In this document: one piece after another, positions 21,587 through 33,073 of the stretch
Position numbering within the stretch: position 1 is the first letter of the stretch
Layout: each line of letters starts with the position of its first letter
NCBI GenBank assembly: GCA_045110495.1
Contig: JBGCGE010000020.1
Location: 2,342 to 66,341 of the forward strand
Source: Gammaproteobacteria bacterium
GTDB lineage: Bacteria; Pseudomonadota; Gammaproteobacteria; CAJXQU01
Length of the DNA: 64,000 bases
Reading direction: 5' to 3'
Translations under genes and position numbers: made by a program
The notes under the pieces: model-generated
Database searches by the model: none
What the model was told of the DNA's origin: nothing
The model's input: only the letters and a program-made list of their open reading frames with translations

Positions 21587-22909
21587 TTACTTATCAGCCG
21601 GATCTTTGCGAAATTCGGCCGAACGAGCATGTGCCGTTAAACCTTCCGCGCGTGCAAGTGTAGAAGCAATATTACCTAAATGCCCCGCCGCCGCTTCTGG
21701 TGAACATTGAATAATCGATGAACGTTTTTGAAAATCATAAACGCCTAATGGTGATGAAAAACGTGCCGTTCGAGAAGTTGGTAAAACGTGATTTGGCCCA
21801 GCACAATAATCACCAAGCGCTTCCGCTGTATATCGGCCCATAAAAATCGCACCGGCGTGATTAATCTTTTCCGCTAATGATTCTGGATCTTCCACGGACA
21901 ATTCTAAATGCTCAGGAGCAATCATATTTGAGACGGCAGCAGCTTCATCAAGATCTTTTACCTTGATCAATGCACCACGACTTTCAAGTGATTCCCGAAT
22001 GATATCCGCACGTTCCATTGTCGGTAACAGCTTTTCAATACTTGCTTGAACTTGGTCAATATATTCTTGATCGGGACATAACAAAATTGATTGTGCTTGC
22101 TCATCGTGCTCTGCTTGAGAAAACAGATCCATTGCGATCCAATCGGGGTTAGTTTCACCATCACAAATGATTAAAATTTCTGATGGTCCGGCGATCATAT
22201 CGATGCCGACCGTACCGAAAACCATGGCTTTCGCGGTCGCAACATAGATATTGCCAGGCCCAACTATTTTATCAACCTGTGGAACCGTTTCTGTTCCATA
22301 AGCTAAGGCAGCAACGGCTTGCGCACCACCAATCGTGAATACACGATCAACACCTGCAATACTGGCGGCAGCGAGAACGGTTTGATCAAGCCCTCCATCC
22401 GGTGCAGGTACAACCATTATGATTTCGTCAACACCTGCTACTTTAGCTGGCATTACATTCATTAAAACTGAAGATGGATAGGCGGCTTTTCCACCAGGAA
22501 CATAAACACCAACACGTTCCATCGGAGTCACTTTTTGACCGAGCACCGTCCCATCTTTTTCCGTATAACTCCATGACGTTTGAAGTTGATGTAGGTGATA
22601 TTCGCGGATCCGTTCAGCTGCTGCTTCCAGCGCACCAAGAACGTCTGCATCTAATTCTTGCTTAGCTTTATTTAGCTGAGCTTTCGTTAATTCTAGCTCG
22701 GAGATTTTTGATACGGACCGTCGATCAAATCGATTTGTAGTCTCGATCAGGATCTGATCACCTTTTTCGCGAACATCATAAAGAATAGCCCGAACCGTTT
22801 CAGTAACTTTTTGATCGGTTTCATCATTCCAGGCTAACAATTGTTTTAAAGCCTGATAGAAGTCTGACTGATCAGTATTTAGATAAGAAATATTTATTAC
22901 GTCACTCAC
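21587..22909 (-). CDS. hisD: histidinol dehydrogenase
   Basis: 440 aa, HisD family, conserved length. Confidence 0.95.
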   Translation of the reverse strand: MSDVINISYLNTDQSDFYQALKQLLAWNDETDQKVTETVRAILYDVREKGDQILIETTNRFDRRSVSKISELELTKAQLNKAKQELDADVLGALEAAAERIREYHLHQLQTSWSYTEKDGTVLGQKVTPMERVGVYVPGGKAAYPSSVLMNVMPAKVAGVDEIIMVVPAPDGGLDQTVLAAASIAGVDRVFTIGGAQAVAALAYGTETVPQVDKIVGPGNIYVATAKAMVFGTVGIDMIAGPSEILIICDGETNPDWIAMDLFSQAEHDEQAQSILLCPDQEYIDQVQASIEKLLPTMERADIIRESLESRGALIKVKDLDEAAAVSNMIAPEHLELSVEDPESLAEKINHAGAIFMGRYTAEALGDYCAGPNHVLPTSRTARFSSPLGVYDFQKRSSIIQCSPEAAAGHLGNIASTLARAEGLTAHARSAEFRKDPADK

Positions 22910-22930
22910 CTTCTCTTCAACTCGCTATAG

Positions 22931-23559
22931 TTAACCAATCACCTGAGCTAATTCATTTACCAACGTTTTTATTGCAGTTGACTTCATTTTCATAGAGGCT
23001 TTATTCACGACCAACCTGGAGCTGATATCAATGATCTGTTCGGTTGGAACCAATCCATTTGCTTTCAATGTGTTTCCAGTATCAACTAGATCAACAATTC
23101 CATCAGCAAGACCTGCAAGCGGCGCAAGCTCCATGGAACCATAGAGCTTGATCACTTCAACTTGCTGCCCTTTCTGAGCAAAATACTGGCGTGTAAGATT
23201 AATATACTTCGTTGCTATCCTTGCTCCATTTTCTGGTAAAGGACACTCTTTTGGAATCGCGACCATTAAACGACAACGCGCAATTTTTAAATCTAAGGGC
23301 TCATAAAGATTATCGCTACCCGCTTCGAGTAAAACGTCTTTACCGGCAACACCCAAATCTGCAGCTCCATATTCGACAAACGTCGGCACGTCAGTCGCTC
23401 GAATAACCATTATGTTTAGATCTGCTCGATTAGTAGGAATGATCAATTTCCGCGACGTTTCTGGATCTTCGATCGGTTTAATACCTATTTTGTCGAGTAG
23501 CGGCAATGTATCTTTATAAATACGCCCTTTTGACAGTGCGAGGGTTAATCCTGAATTCA

Positions 23560-23560
<1 letters not shown>
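22931..23560 (-). CDS. hisG: ATP phosphoribosyltransferase, short form (HisZ-dependent)
   Basis: 209-aa short HisG. No hisZ is in the window. Confidence 0.9.
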
Positions 23561-24828
<1,268 letters not shown>

Positions 24829-24831
24829 TTA

Positions 24832-25089
24832 TTATTTAAGAACTTTTGTAGCGCTGTTTTTATCCCACTCGGCGCGCGTCATCGGTCGAATTGAGAGCGC
24901 ATGTATTTCCGCCTGCATTTTATCGCCTAGCGTTTTGTAAACCAATTGGTGTTTTTTGACTAAAGATAAACCTTCAAAGGCATCGCTGATCACAATGGAT
25001 TCAAAATGAACCCCATCATCACCTTCGACAATCGCTTCCGAGCCTTCAATACCTGCTTCGATTAACGTTTTTATTTCCTGTGGCGTCAT
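24832..25089 (-). CDS. ibaG: BolA-family protein IbaG/YrbA
   Basis: BolA fold (SGGHF-like HFES.VIS); start taken at MTPQEIK. Confidence 0.8.
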   Translation of the reverse strand: MTPQEIKTLIEAGIEGSEAIVEGDDGVHFESIVISDAFEGLSLVKKHQLVYKTLGDKMQAEIHALSIRPMTRAEWDKNSATKVLK

Positions 25090-25241
25090 GAAAATGATCC
25101 AGCTTCCTAAAAAAGGAGTGAAGGATAGCGCCAACTACAACAACCAGCAAGTAATGAAGATGGATTTTCACGGAATGTGCGTGATTTAGACTCCATAACT
25201 GGGGCCTTTATTTTAAAGCAATCGACTTAACTAGCGAGGTC

Positions 25242-25871
25242 TTAAATATCGAGTCCTTGATTCTTGTCTACAAGATTACTCAACAAACCTGCAAGCCCAA
25301 CCTTGTTAATTTCGGATGAAAATGATGACCGGTAGGTAGATACCAGGCTGACGCCGTCAACTGTAATGTCAAATATCTTCCAGTTTACGTCTTTGCTATG
25401 CATACGATATTGAACAGTAAAATGTTTACCATCCGGCAAAATAATTTCTGACCTCACTTTGACTTTTCCATTCTTAACACCACCTTCAACTTCAGGATAC
25501 AAAATTTCTTCATCAGAAAGTTTTAGCAATGCTGTGGAATAAGTCCTAATCAGTAACTTCTTAAATTCACCTGTGAATTGTACTTTTTGATCTTTTGAAG
25601 CTTTCTTCCAATGTTTACCAAGCACCCAGCGAGACATTCTCGAAAAGTCTACATTTGGTGCGACCTTATTGTTTACTAAAGAATAAAGTCGTGTTGGATT
25701 TGCTTCGTAATCTGTCCGGTGAGCTTTAACATCTGAGATGACATCTTCCGCCGTTGACTGAATTAATTCTCTGGCCTGTTCAGCACTAACTTCTGATGCG
25801 GCAATGGTTGTCGAGGTACAAAAAAATAAAATCAAAGCTAGAATTGATTGTATTTTGATAAGGCTTTTCAT
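25242..25871 (-). CDS. mlaC: MlaC/Ttg2D-like periplasmic phospholipid-binding protein
   Basis: Signal peptide plus Tgt2/MlaC fold, colinear with E. coli MlaC C-terminal blocks. Start taken at MKSLIK. Confidence 0.75.
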   Translation of the reverse strand: MKSLIKIQSILALILFFCTSTTIAASEVSAEQARELIQSTAEDVISDVKAHRTDYEANPTRLYSLVNNKVAPNVDFSRMSRWVLGKHWKKASKDQKVQFTGEFKKLLIRTYSTALLKLSDEEILYPEVEGGVKNGKVKVRSEIILPDGKHFTVQYRMHSKDVNWKIFDITVDGVSLVSTYRSSFSSEINKVGLAGLLSNLVDKNQGLDI

Positions 25872-26048
25872 ATCTTTTCCTTCACGTAATATTGGCACGT
25901 TTATATTGGGAGCAACTTAAATCGTTAAGTATCTCGTTAATATATCGTTTAGATATGATTAAAACTTTACCGAAACATGAACAAAAGATAATTTTCACAA
26001 TTGGCGTTCTAATTGCCAGCTAAGCAAATGTAAGAATCGACGGCAGGA

Positions 26049-27173
26049 TCAGTATTTAAATTCTCGTCTTTTCGGATAATTTTTACGTAATTGATCAAAT
26101 GCCTGACTTGCCTGAGTGTTGTCTAGACCAACTATTTTCTTTAATGCAGCGCTATCTGCTCGAATATCATAATGAGATAACACTCGTTCTCGCAGGCTAA
26201 TTTGAGTAGTTGAGTTTTGTCGAATATCTAAAATGCTCGAAATTTCGAGACTTTTTTGATCTCCTGCAAAATCTACATGTTGATGACTTTGTCCCTCTGA
26301 CCACGTTAATTCAATATCATAAAACTCAGTAACCGCATCAAACAACATTCTCGTCGCCCTCACTTTTCCATCATAACTATAACCAGCGATATGTGGTGTT
26401 CCTAACGAAACTCTGTCCAGCAAAGCACGATCAATATTGGGCTCATCCTGCCAGCAATCAATTACTGTCATCATTTCTGGCGTTTTTTCTATTCTTTTCT
26501 GTAAAGCATTTTCATCAACAACACCGCCTCTGGCAGCATTTATAAAAATCACATCTGGCTTTAACTGATCTAGCTCTCTCTCTGATATTAATTTGTGAGT
26601 GGCATTCTCTCCATCGAAGGTTAGAGGTGTGTGTATTGTCACAATGTCAGCCGACAATGCTTCATCTAATGATCTATATCTCTGTTGAGTAGTCAGATCA
26701 TGAGCTAGATGTTTTTCCATCTGTTTCTGTAGTGGTGGGTCATTCAAGATGCATGTTACCCCAATTGCCCGAAGTAATTTTTCGACCTCGGAACCCACAT
26801 GGCCGCAGCCAATAATGCCTGCAGTCATTGTTTCAATTTTTTGATCACGGTTTGATAACGCTAAAACGGCTGACAAAATATACTCAGCCACAGAAGTAGC
26901 ATTGCACCCAGGGCAATAGCAAAAATGAATTCTATTTTGTTGAAGGTAATCACGATCAATATGATCAAAACCACTGGTTGCCGTACCAACAAACGACACG
27001 CGACTATTTTTTAATAAGTCAGCATCAACATGGGTAACTGATCGGACCAACAGAATATCAAAATCGCGAACCAGATCATTTGTCCACTCACGTCCAGGGA
27101 CGCAAACAACACTTCCAATTTGTTCAAATCGTTCAAGCTTTAAAATATTTGGATCAGCTAAAATTTTCTTCAT
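26049..27173 (-). CDS. pdxB: erythronate-4-phosphate dehydrogenase
   Basis: D-2-hydroxyacid dehydrogenase core (GIIGCGHVG) plus PdxB-type C-terminal dimerisation domain, about 374 aa. Confidence 0.85.
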   Translation of the reverse strand: MKKILADPNILKLERFEQIGSVVCVPGREWTNDLVRDFDILLVRSVTHVDADLLKNSRVSFVGTATSGFDHIDRDYLQQNRIHFCYCPGCNATSVAEYILSAVLALSNRDQKIETMTAGIIGCGHVGSEVEKLLRAIGVTCILNDPPLQKQMEKHLAHDLTTQQRYRSLDEALSADIVTIHTPLTFDGENATHKLISERELDQLKPDVIFINAARGGVVDENALQKRIEKTPEMMTVIDCWQDEPNIDRALLDRVSLGTPHIAGYSYDGKVRATRMLFDAVTEFYDIELTWSEGQSHQHVDFAGDQKSLEISSILDIRQNSTTQISLRERVLSHYDIRADSAALKKIVGLDNTQASQAFDQLRKNYPKRREFKY

Positions 27174-27264
27174 TCGATCATTTTACCGCGCTTACCTTGC
27201 TTCAGCACGATGAAATAGCGAGAAGATAAAAATGTCAGAAATTGATTAAACTTTAATAAAATTT

Positions 27265-27312
27265 AAAAAAGGCCGGCCTTTAGAATTCTACGAATGCGTC
27301 AAAGGGCCGGCC
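27265..27312 (-). terminator. candidate terminator: paired GGCCGGCC palindromes followed by T6 on the minus strand
   Basis: ggccggccc-N25-ggccggcc-tttttt downstream of the Spy-like gene. The large loop makes this uncertain. Confidence 0.35.
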
Positions 27313-27372
27313 AAGAGGAAGTATCAAGAATGAATACTACAACATCAAAATTACATCACGATTACATTAAGA

Positions 27373-27702
27373 TTAAATTTGTGTAAGGTGTTTTTCTTTC
27401 TTACAGTCCTTACCTTTACCTGGTCGCCAGTTTTCATGTCGACGACGCATTTCTTCCATCTTTGTGATTTGATCATCACTTAAGACTGCACCTAATTTTG
27501 TCTTTGTTTCTTCGCGTAGTGCTTTTTTCTTTGCGTGCTGTTCTTCCATGATCGATGTGACTTGCTCAACCTGAGTCGTATTCAATTGTAACTTTTCAGT
27601 CATTCGTTCTACAAAATGATTCAAATGGTCTCGTTGAGCAAATGAAACGGCTGAAGCGGTAAGTAAAGTAACACCGCCCAGTACAACAAATAATTTACGC
27701 AT
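27373..27702 (-). CDS. Spy/CpxP-family periplasmic chaperone (LTxxQ motifs)
   Basis: Signal peptide MRKLFVVLGGVTLLTASAVSFA, two LxxxQ helices (LQLNTTQVEQV, LSDDQITKMEEMRRRHE) and a basic tail. Divergent from a BaeSR/CpxAR-like pair. Start ATG 27702 with GGAG RBS. Confidence 0.6.
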   Translation of the reverse strand: MRKLFVVLGGVTLLTASAVSFAQRDHLNHFVERMTEKLQLNTTQVEQVTSIMEEQHAKKKALREETKTKLGAVLSDDQITKMEEMRRRHENWRPGKGKDCKKEKHLTQI

Positions 27703-27864
27703 AGTTTTTCTCCATTGATTACACATAGTTAATAATATTTTGTAAGCTTTCACGGTGACTAGTTTGTAAAAACATTGCAAAGAGAGTTTTAAGACAATGT
27801 GAAGAAAATATGGATCCTTTTCGCATTGCCTTCGATACAAGTTCTAACATGGTATAAAGCTACT

Positions 27865-29286
27865 ATGAAAATCAGGATATGGCATAAGCTCGCATTAGTT
27901 TTGATACTGACGACAACCTTGGTGATTGCGATTGCTTTTGTTCTCGCACAAATAAGCTTTCGCGAGGACTTTAGCGGCTACTTAAAAGAGCAAGAAAAAA
28001 ATCAGGTTGAGTTACTCAGTGAACGTCTTGCAGAAGGCTATCAGGAAGCAGGTAGTTGGAAATTCCTGACAGAAAGGCCGCGTTTGTTAAGATTAATCAT
28101 TCGCGAATCTTTTAGAAATGAGCATCAGCCTTTCCCGCCACCGCCCCGTAAAAATGAAATACGCCCCTCTTTTAAACCAGATCGTAATTTTAAAGCTCAT
28201 CCAATGTCTCGATACGCAATTCTTGATGAAGCAAAAAATAAAGTGATTGGATCGATCAAAAAAGGGCCATCAATTGATGACTATCCGATTAAATTAAATG
28301 ATCAAATAATCGGTTATTTGCGAATTCGTTCTGTCTCTAATTTCACCAATAAACTTAATCGGCGTTTTATAGATAGTCAGTTACATTCTTTGATTGGAAT
28401 TGCAATTCTGGGTTTTATCTTATCGTTAATTGCGGCGTGGTTATTATCAAATTATTTTCGTAAACGCTTCATTCAACTTACCGATATAGCCAACGATCTA
28501 ACCGCAGGAAAATTTGATCAACGCATTGAAGTTACCCATGACGATGAGCTTTCTGATCTCGGCAGAAACTTTAATGTCCTGGCTGATACTTTAGATAAAA
28601 ATCGCCAAGCACAAAAACGCTGGATCGCAGATATTTCTCACGAACTCCGCACACCTTTGTCTATTCTCAGTGGTGAAGTTGAAGCATTACAAGATGGAGT
28701 GCGTCCGCTCGATCAGAACTCAATTAATTCTCTCGCGAATGAAGCGACGCATTTAAATCGTCTTGTAAACGATCTTTATCAGTTATCACTTTCAGACCTT
28801 GGTAAATTAGATTATCAAAAATCACGAACTGATCTATCAGATATCCTCAACCGTGTCATCGATCAATATCAGCCTCGTCTTGAAAAACAAAATCTGACAT
28901 TAGGAATTTTAATCAACTCAGAACCTGTTTTTATCAGCGGTGATGAACAACGGTTGGTACAACTTTTTTCTAACCTGCTTGAAAATACGATCAAATATAC
29001 CGATCAAAATGGTCAGGTGATTATTGCCTGCGAACAAGATCAAAATAACGCTGTTGTACGATTTGAAGATTCCAGCCCTGGAATCCCGAAGGAGAATTTA
29101 TCCAAAATATTTGATCGCCTCTACCGTGTTGAAAATTCGCGTAATCGTAAAACCGGAGGTGCAGGTCTTGGTTTAGCGATTGCCACATCAATTGTGGAAG
29201 CTCATCAAGGCGAAATTATTGCAAGTAATTCGGATCTTGGTGGTCTTAAAATAAAAATTAAAATCCCTTTGGATAAAACGGTCTGA
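27865..29286 (+). CDS. envelope-stress-type sensor histidine kinase (BaeS/CpxA-like)
   Basis: Two TM helices, HAMP, HisKA (SHELRTPL) and HATPase_c (N, G1, G2 boxes). Confidence 0.85.
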   Translation: MKIRIWHKLALVLILTTTLVIAIAFVLAQISFREDFSGYLKEQEKNQVELLSERLAEGYQEAGSWKFLTERPRLLRLIIRESFRNEHQPFPPPPRKNEIRPSFKPDRNFKAHPMSRYAILDEAKNKVIGSIKKGPSIDDYPIKLNDQIIGYLRIRSVSNFTNKLNRRFIDSQLHSLIGIAILGFILSLIAAWLLSNYFRKRFIQLTDIANDLTAGKFDQRIEVTHDDELSDLGRNFNVLADTLDKNRQAQKRWIADISHELRTPLSILSGEVEALQDGVRPLDQNSINSLANEATHLNRLVNDLYQLSLSDLGKLDYQKSRTDLSDILNRVIDQYQPRLEKQNLTLGILINSEPVFISGDEQRLVQLFSNLLENTIKYTDQNGQVIIACEQDQNNAVVRFEDSSPGIPKENLSKIFDRLYRVENSRNRKTGGAGLGLAIATSIVEAHQGEIIASNSDLGGLKIKIKIPLDKTV

Positions 29287-29303
29287 TTAAATAGCAATCT
29301 AAA

Positions 29304-29999
29304 ATGAAAAACGATCAACATATTCTTGTTGTAGAAGATGAACCTAAAATAGCACAATTGCTCATCGACTATTTAACAGCCAGTCATTACAAAACCTCTT
29401 GGCTAGAAAATGGAAGTGAAGTTGTATCTTGGGTATCAGAAAACAAACCTGACTTGATCTTGCTTGATCTCATGTTGCCCGGAAAAGATGGTATTGAGAT
29501 TTGTCAGGAGGTTCGTGAATTTTCTCAAGTACCTGTCATGATGTTAACTGCTCGAGTCGAAGAAATAGATCGTATTCTTGGACTGGAGATTGGCGCAGAT
29601 GATTATGTCTGCAAACCGTTTAGTCCAAGAGAAGTAATGACGCGAGTGAAAGCACTTTTACGTCGAGCAAATTTCTCTGAACAAAAAAATCAAACCAGCT
29701 CGTCAATACTGAATTTAAATGTTGAAAAATTTGAAGCACGTTATCTGGAAAAAATTCTAGATCTAACACGTGTTGAATTTCGATTATTACATGCGCTTTC
29801 GGAAAGGCCTGGCTTTGTTTTTTCTCGCCAAAAATTAATTGATCAGGTTTATGACGATCATCGTGTTGTCAGTGACCGAACCATGGACACACATATAAAA
29901 AATCTGCGTAAAAAAATTCAGGAAGCAGATGGCGATCCAGAAATGATCCGATCAATTTATGGTATCGGTTATAAATTTGATGATTCAGTGCTTGTATAA
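29304..29999 (+). CDS. OmpR-family response regulator (BaeR/CpxR-like)
   Basis: Receiver with LLDLMLPG plus winged-helix C-terminus (RSIYGIGYKF). Confidence 0.9.
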   Translation: MKNDQHILVVEDEPKIAQLLIDYLTASHYKTSWLENGSEVVSWVSENKPDLILLDLMLPGKDGIEICQEVREFSQVPVMMLTARVEEIDRILGLEIGADDYVCKPFSPREVMTRVKALLRRANFSEQKNQTSSSILNLNVEKFEARYLEKILDLTRVEFRLLHALSERPGFVFSRQKLIDQVYDDHRVVSDRTMDTHIKNLRKKIQEADGDPEMIRSIYGIGYKFDDSVLV

Positions 30000-30026
30000 A
30001 AATCGTCAACAAATATCATTAAGGAA

Positions 30027-30362
30027 ATGAACATAAAATATTCAAACATTCATGATTTCGAATTAATCTGGCGGTGGACTCATGATAGCCATCGTATATT
30101 ACCAGAAGGTGACTTATCGAAAATTAAGGCACTTAACTCACCTTCAGCTGAGATCCTGTTTATAGAAAAGCCTAATCTCTCTCGTAAAGTAGAAAATGTT
30201 GCATGTACCGATACCCCAACTAATTTCCTTAAAAAAAATCTAACAAAAGAAATCATTTATGTTTTTTGGAATCCACAAACTGCGGTAGAAACAGATACTG
30301 AGACATTAATAAAGTACTTTAATGACTTTTGTTATCCTTCAAGTGACGACATCTGCATTTGA
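30027..30362 (+). CDS. hypothetical protein (111 aa)
   Basis: ORF with no recognisable motifs; lies in a GATC-poor segment. Confidence 0.4.
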   Translation: MNIKYSNIHDFELIWRWTHDSHRILPEGDLSKIKALNSPSAEILFIEKPNLSRKVENVACTDTPTNFLKKNLTKEIIYVFWNPQTAVETDTETLIKYFNDFCYPSSDDICI

Positions 30363-30586
30363 CCCATAAATAAATCGTGGTTATTAGAATACCATCACTA
30401 TGAAATACTCACTTTTACTTCGTAGTACCCGTTATTTGATAGAGACTCTTCTTTTTACTCTATGTGTAAATAAATCCGATCAATATTAATAACCTCATTA
30501 TTCTAATGACAAACAAGTGCTTTTGAACCAAACTGTTTTATACCTCTCCAATCCGGAATAACAACTAATAATAAGCGGTTCTTTCC

Positions 30587-31867
30587 ATGTCCAAAGATGT
30601 CGATTTATCAAAAAGTGCGATGCAGAGCGCTTTCTCATTTAAAGAAAATTTTCGATCTATTTACACGCGAAGAGCGTCTAACTTTGCGTCTATAGACGGT
30701 ATTCGAGCGATATCAATTCTTCTGGTTTTAGTCTTCCATACTTTTTTTGTTTATCAACTTGCACACCCAACAGCAACGGCTGCATCCATGATTAACGAAC
30801 TCGGTGGTTGGTGGTCCTGGGCTTTAAATGGCGATAAAGGTGTTGATGTTTTTTTCGTTATGAGTGGTTTTCTGATCACGGGAATTTTACTTCGCACATA
30901 CGCTAAAACTGGCGATATGGATTTGAAAAATTTTTATATTCGGCGTTATTTACGTTTAACGCCCGCATACTATTTTACGCTGATCGTTTATTGGTTAATG
31001 AATGGTCCTCATAGCGAGTGGATCTGGGCCAACTTTCTTTATATCAATAATTTCATTCATTACAGCCACCAGGCCGTTGGGTGGACATGGAGCCTTGCTA
31101 TTGAAGAACAATTTTATTTTATCTACCCACTCATTTTGATCGTGATCCTGAAATACTCAAAATCACCCGGTTACGTGATGCTGTGGTTATTTTTGATCTC
31201 GATCATCGTACGCTTCGGAATTGTAATGTCAGATGATGCAATTCGAACTTCACCGGGTAGTCGAATGTATACCGATCATGATTATTTCAATCACTTCTTT
31301 ACTGTACTTTATGACAATCTGCATTCGCGTTTTGGTGGTTTGCTGGTGGGTTGTATTGCCGCTTATAACTTTCATTTTCATAAAGAGAAATTAACCAGCT
31401 TCTTTAATTCTTCTTCAGGAATATTCACTACGATTGCTGGGATTATAGTTGTCATTTTCTTTATGGGCTTTGCAAATTATTTACCTGTCTATGACGAGTA
31501 TCAAAACCTTCATGTGTTGTATTACATCTTCAACCGAAATATATTTGCCACAGGTATTGGTATCATTATTTTAGCCATGTTGTTGCAGCAACACCTGATC
31601 GCAAATGTTATAAGACGCTTTCTGTCTTTATCTTTCTGGTATCCCTTTGCGACTTTATCGTATTCGCTTTACTTAATTCATTTAGTGGTTATGTCAGTCG
31701 TTATACCCGCCTTAATTGATTTAACCATCACAATGCCTGACGAATATCCGTGGTCGATGGGAGAAACACTCACTTACGGATTTTTGATCAGTACCGTTTT
31801 GAGTATGGCGATTGCATCATTAATGTATTTGTTTATCGAGAAGCCTGTCATGAATCTGAGACGCTAG
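30587..31867 (+). CDS. acyltransferase family 3 (OafA/NolL-like) membrane protein
   Basis: About 10 TM helices and an N-terminal RxxxxDGxR-like motif (RASNFASIDGIRAISIL) typical of acyltransferase-3. Confidence 0.8.
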   Translation: MSKDVDLSKSAMQSAFSFKENFRSIYTRRASNFASIDGIRAISILLVLVFHTFFVYQLAHPTATAASMINELGGWWSWALNGDKGVDVFFVMSGFLITGILLRTYAKTGDMDLKNFYIRRYLRLTPAYYFTLIVYWLMNGPHSEWIWANFLYINNFIHYSHQAVGWTWSLAIEEQFYFIYPLILIVILKYSKSPGYVMLWLFLISIIVRFGIVMSDDAIRTSPGSRMYTDHDYFNHFFTVLYDNLHSRFGGLLVGCIAAYNFHFHKEKLTSFFNSSSGIFTTIAGIIVVIFFMGFANYLPVYDEYQNLHVLYYIFNRNIFATGIGIIILAMLLQQHLIANVIRRFLSLSFWYPFATLSYSLYLIHLVVMSVVIPALIDLTITMPDEYPWSMGETLTYGFLISTVLSMAIASLMYLFIEKPVMNLRR

Positions 31868-31884
31868 ATATAAAAGGATCAAAA

Positions 31885-32967
31885 ATGAAAATTTTAAAAA
31901 AGATTTTTTATACGCTAATCATCATTATCATATTCGGCGCTGGCCTCATTGCTTATCATATGCAATACCACGCAAACGTAACAACGGTAGAAGTAATCCC
32001 TGATGATGAAGAAAAAGAAATTCAACGCTCAGTTGATAACTTTTTAGGGATCATAAAAACATTCCAGTCAGATAAAGCTCATAGAGGTGCGCACGCTAAA
32101 GGTCACGCCTGTGTAAAAGCTTATTTTGATATCAATCAAAATCTTGATTCTGAATTACAACAAGGTATTTTTAAACGAGAAGGGAAACGTTTTAAATCAT
32201 GGATCCGTTTTTCTAATGGGACACCACGTATCGCAGCTGATTCTGAAAAAGATTCACGTGGAATCGCGATTAAATTATTGAATGTTTTCGATCAAAACAA
32301 AACGCAGGAGTTTTTATTACATAACAGCCCCGCTTTCTTTTCTGTTGATCTAAAAGACTATAATGGTTTGGTTGAAAGTGAAAATAAAATAAAATATTTT
32401 TTATCTGGCTATAACCCATTTAAATGGCGACTAAGAGAGTTGTCACATGTTTTAGATACCCTGGCTGTGCCACCTTATAGCCCACTCTCAGATGAATATT
32501 TTAGTAATACAGCTTACAAGTTTGGATCAAAAAATGTGAAGTATAAAGTCCAATCTTGTCAGTCTTTAGAAGTGGTTAAAAATGATCAAAAACAAGATAA
32601 AACTGATCCTGACTTTTTACGAAAAACATTGCTGAATGAATTAAATACCAACGGCGCTTGTATGCAATTTATGGTTCAAGTTCAGAATCTTGATAAACAA
32701 ATGCCGATAGAAGATCCAAGTGTTTTATGGAAAGAATCGGATTCACCTTATCAACACGTTGCAACGATCACTATACCAAAGCAAGAAATTAATTCTGCCG
32801 AGCAGCAACTATTTTGTGAAAACTTATCCTTTTCACCCTGGAATGGTTTAGAAGATCATCGCCCAATCGGTGCGCTGAATCGGGTCAGAAAAGTGGTATA
32901 TAAGGCAAGCTCATTGTATCGACATCAGTACAATAAAGCGGAAGTGCCTGAGGCTTTAGATTGGTGA
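31885..32967 (+). CDS. membrane-anchored catalase-like (haem) domain protein
   Basis: N-terminal TM anchor, then HRGAHAKGHACVKAYF, which resembles the catalase distal-His motif (RVVHAKG). Start taken at MKILKK, with aaaaggatcaaaaATG upstream. Confidence 0.5.
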   Translation: MKILKKIFYTLIIIIIFGAGLIAYHMQYHANVTTVEVIPDDEEKEIQRSVDNFLGIIKTFQSDKAHRGAHAKGHACVKAYFDINQNLDSELQQGIFKREGKRFKSWIRFSNGTPRIAADSEKDSRGIAIKLLNVFDQNKTQEFLLHNSPAFFSVDLKDYNGLVESENKIKYFLSGYNPFKWRLRELSHVLDTLAVPPYSPLSDEYFSNTAYKFGSKNVKYKVQSCQSLEVVKNDQKQDKTDPDFLRKTLLNELNTNGACMQFMVQVQNLDKQMPIEDPSVLWKESDSPYQHVATITIPKQEINSAEQQLFCENLSFSPWNGLEDHRPIGALNRVRKVVYKASSLYRHQYNKAEVPEALDW

Positions 32968-32997
32968 TTTCAAAACTTTCAACTTCTGTCTTTTAGA

Positions 32998-33037
32998 ATC
33001 TAAAACGGAGATGATTTTCGTCATCTCCGTTTTAGAT
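32998..33037. terminator. bidirectional rho-independent terminator between convergent genes
   Basis: aacggagatga-ttttcg-tcatctccgtt flanked by ttttag/ctaaaa runs. Confidence 0.7.
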
Positions 33038-33073
33038 AATTACCTTTATCTAACTTTGTTTCTTTAAAATTAA

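Noticed and set aside
27703-27721. TTTTTCTCCAT string resembling the E. coli BaeR box upstream of the Spy-like gene
   Set aside because: It is simply the reverse complement of the gene's own RBS and start (ATGGAGAAAAA) and sits on the wrong strand and position for an upstream operator. Probably coincidental.
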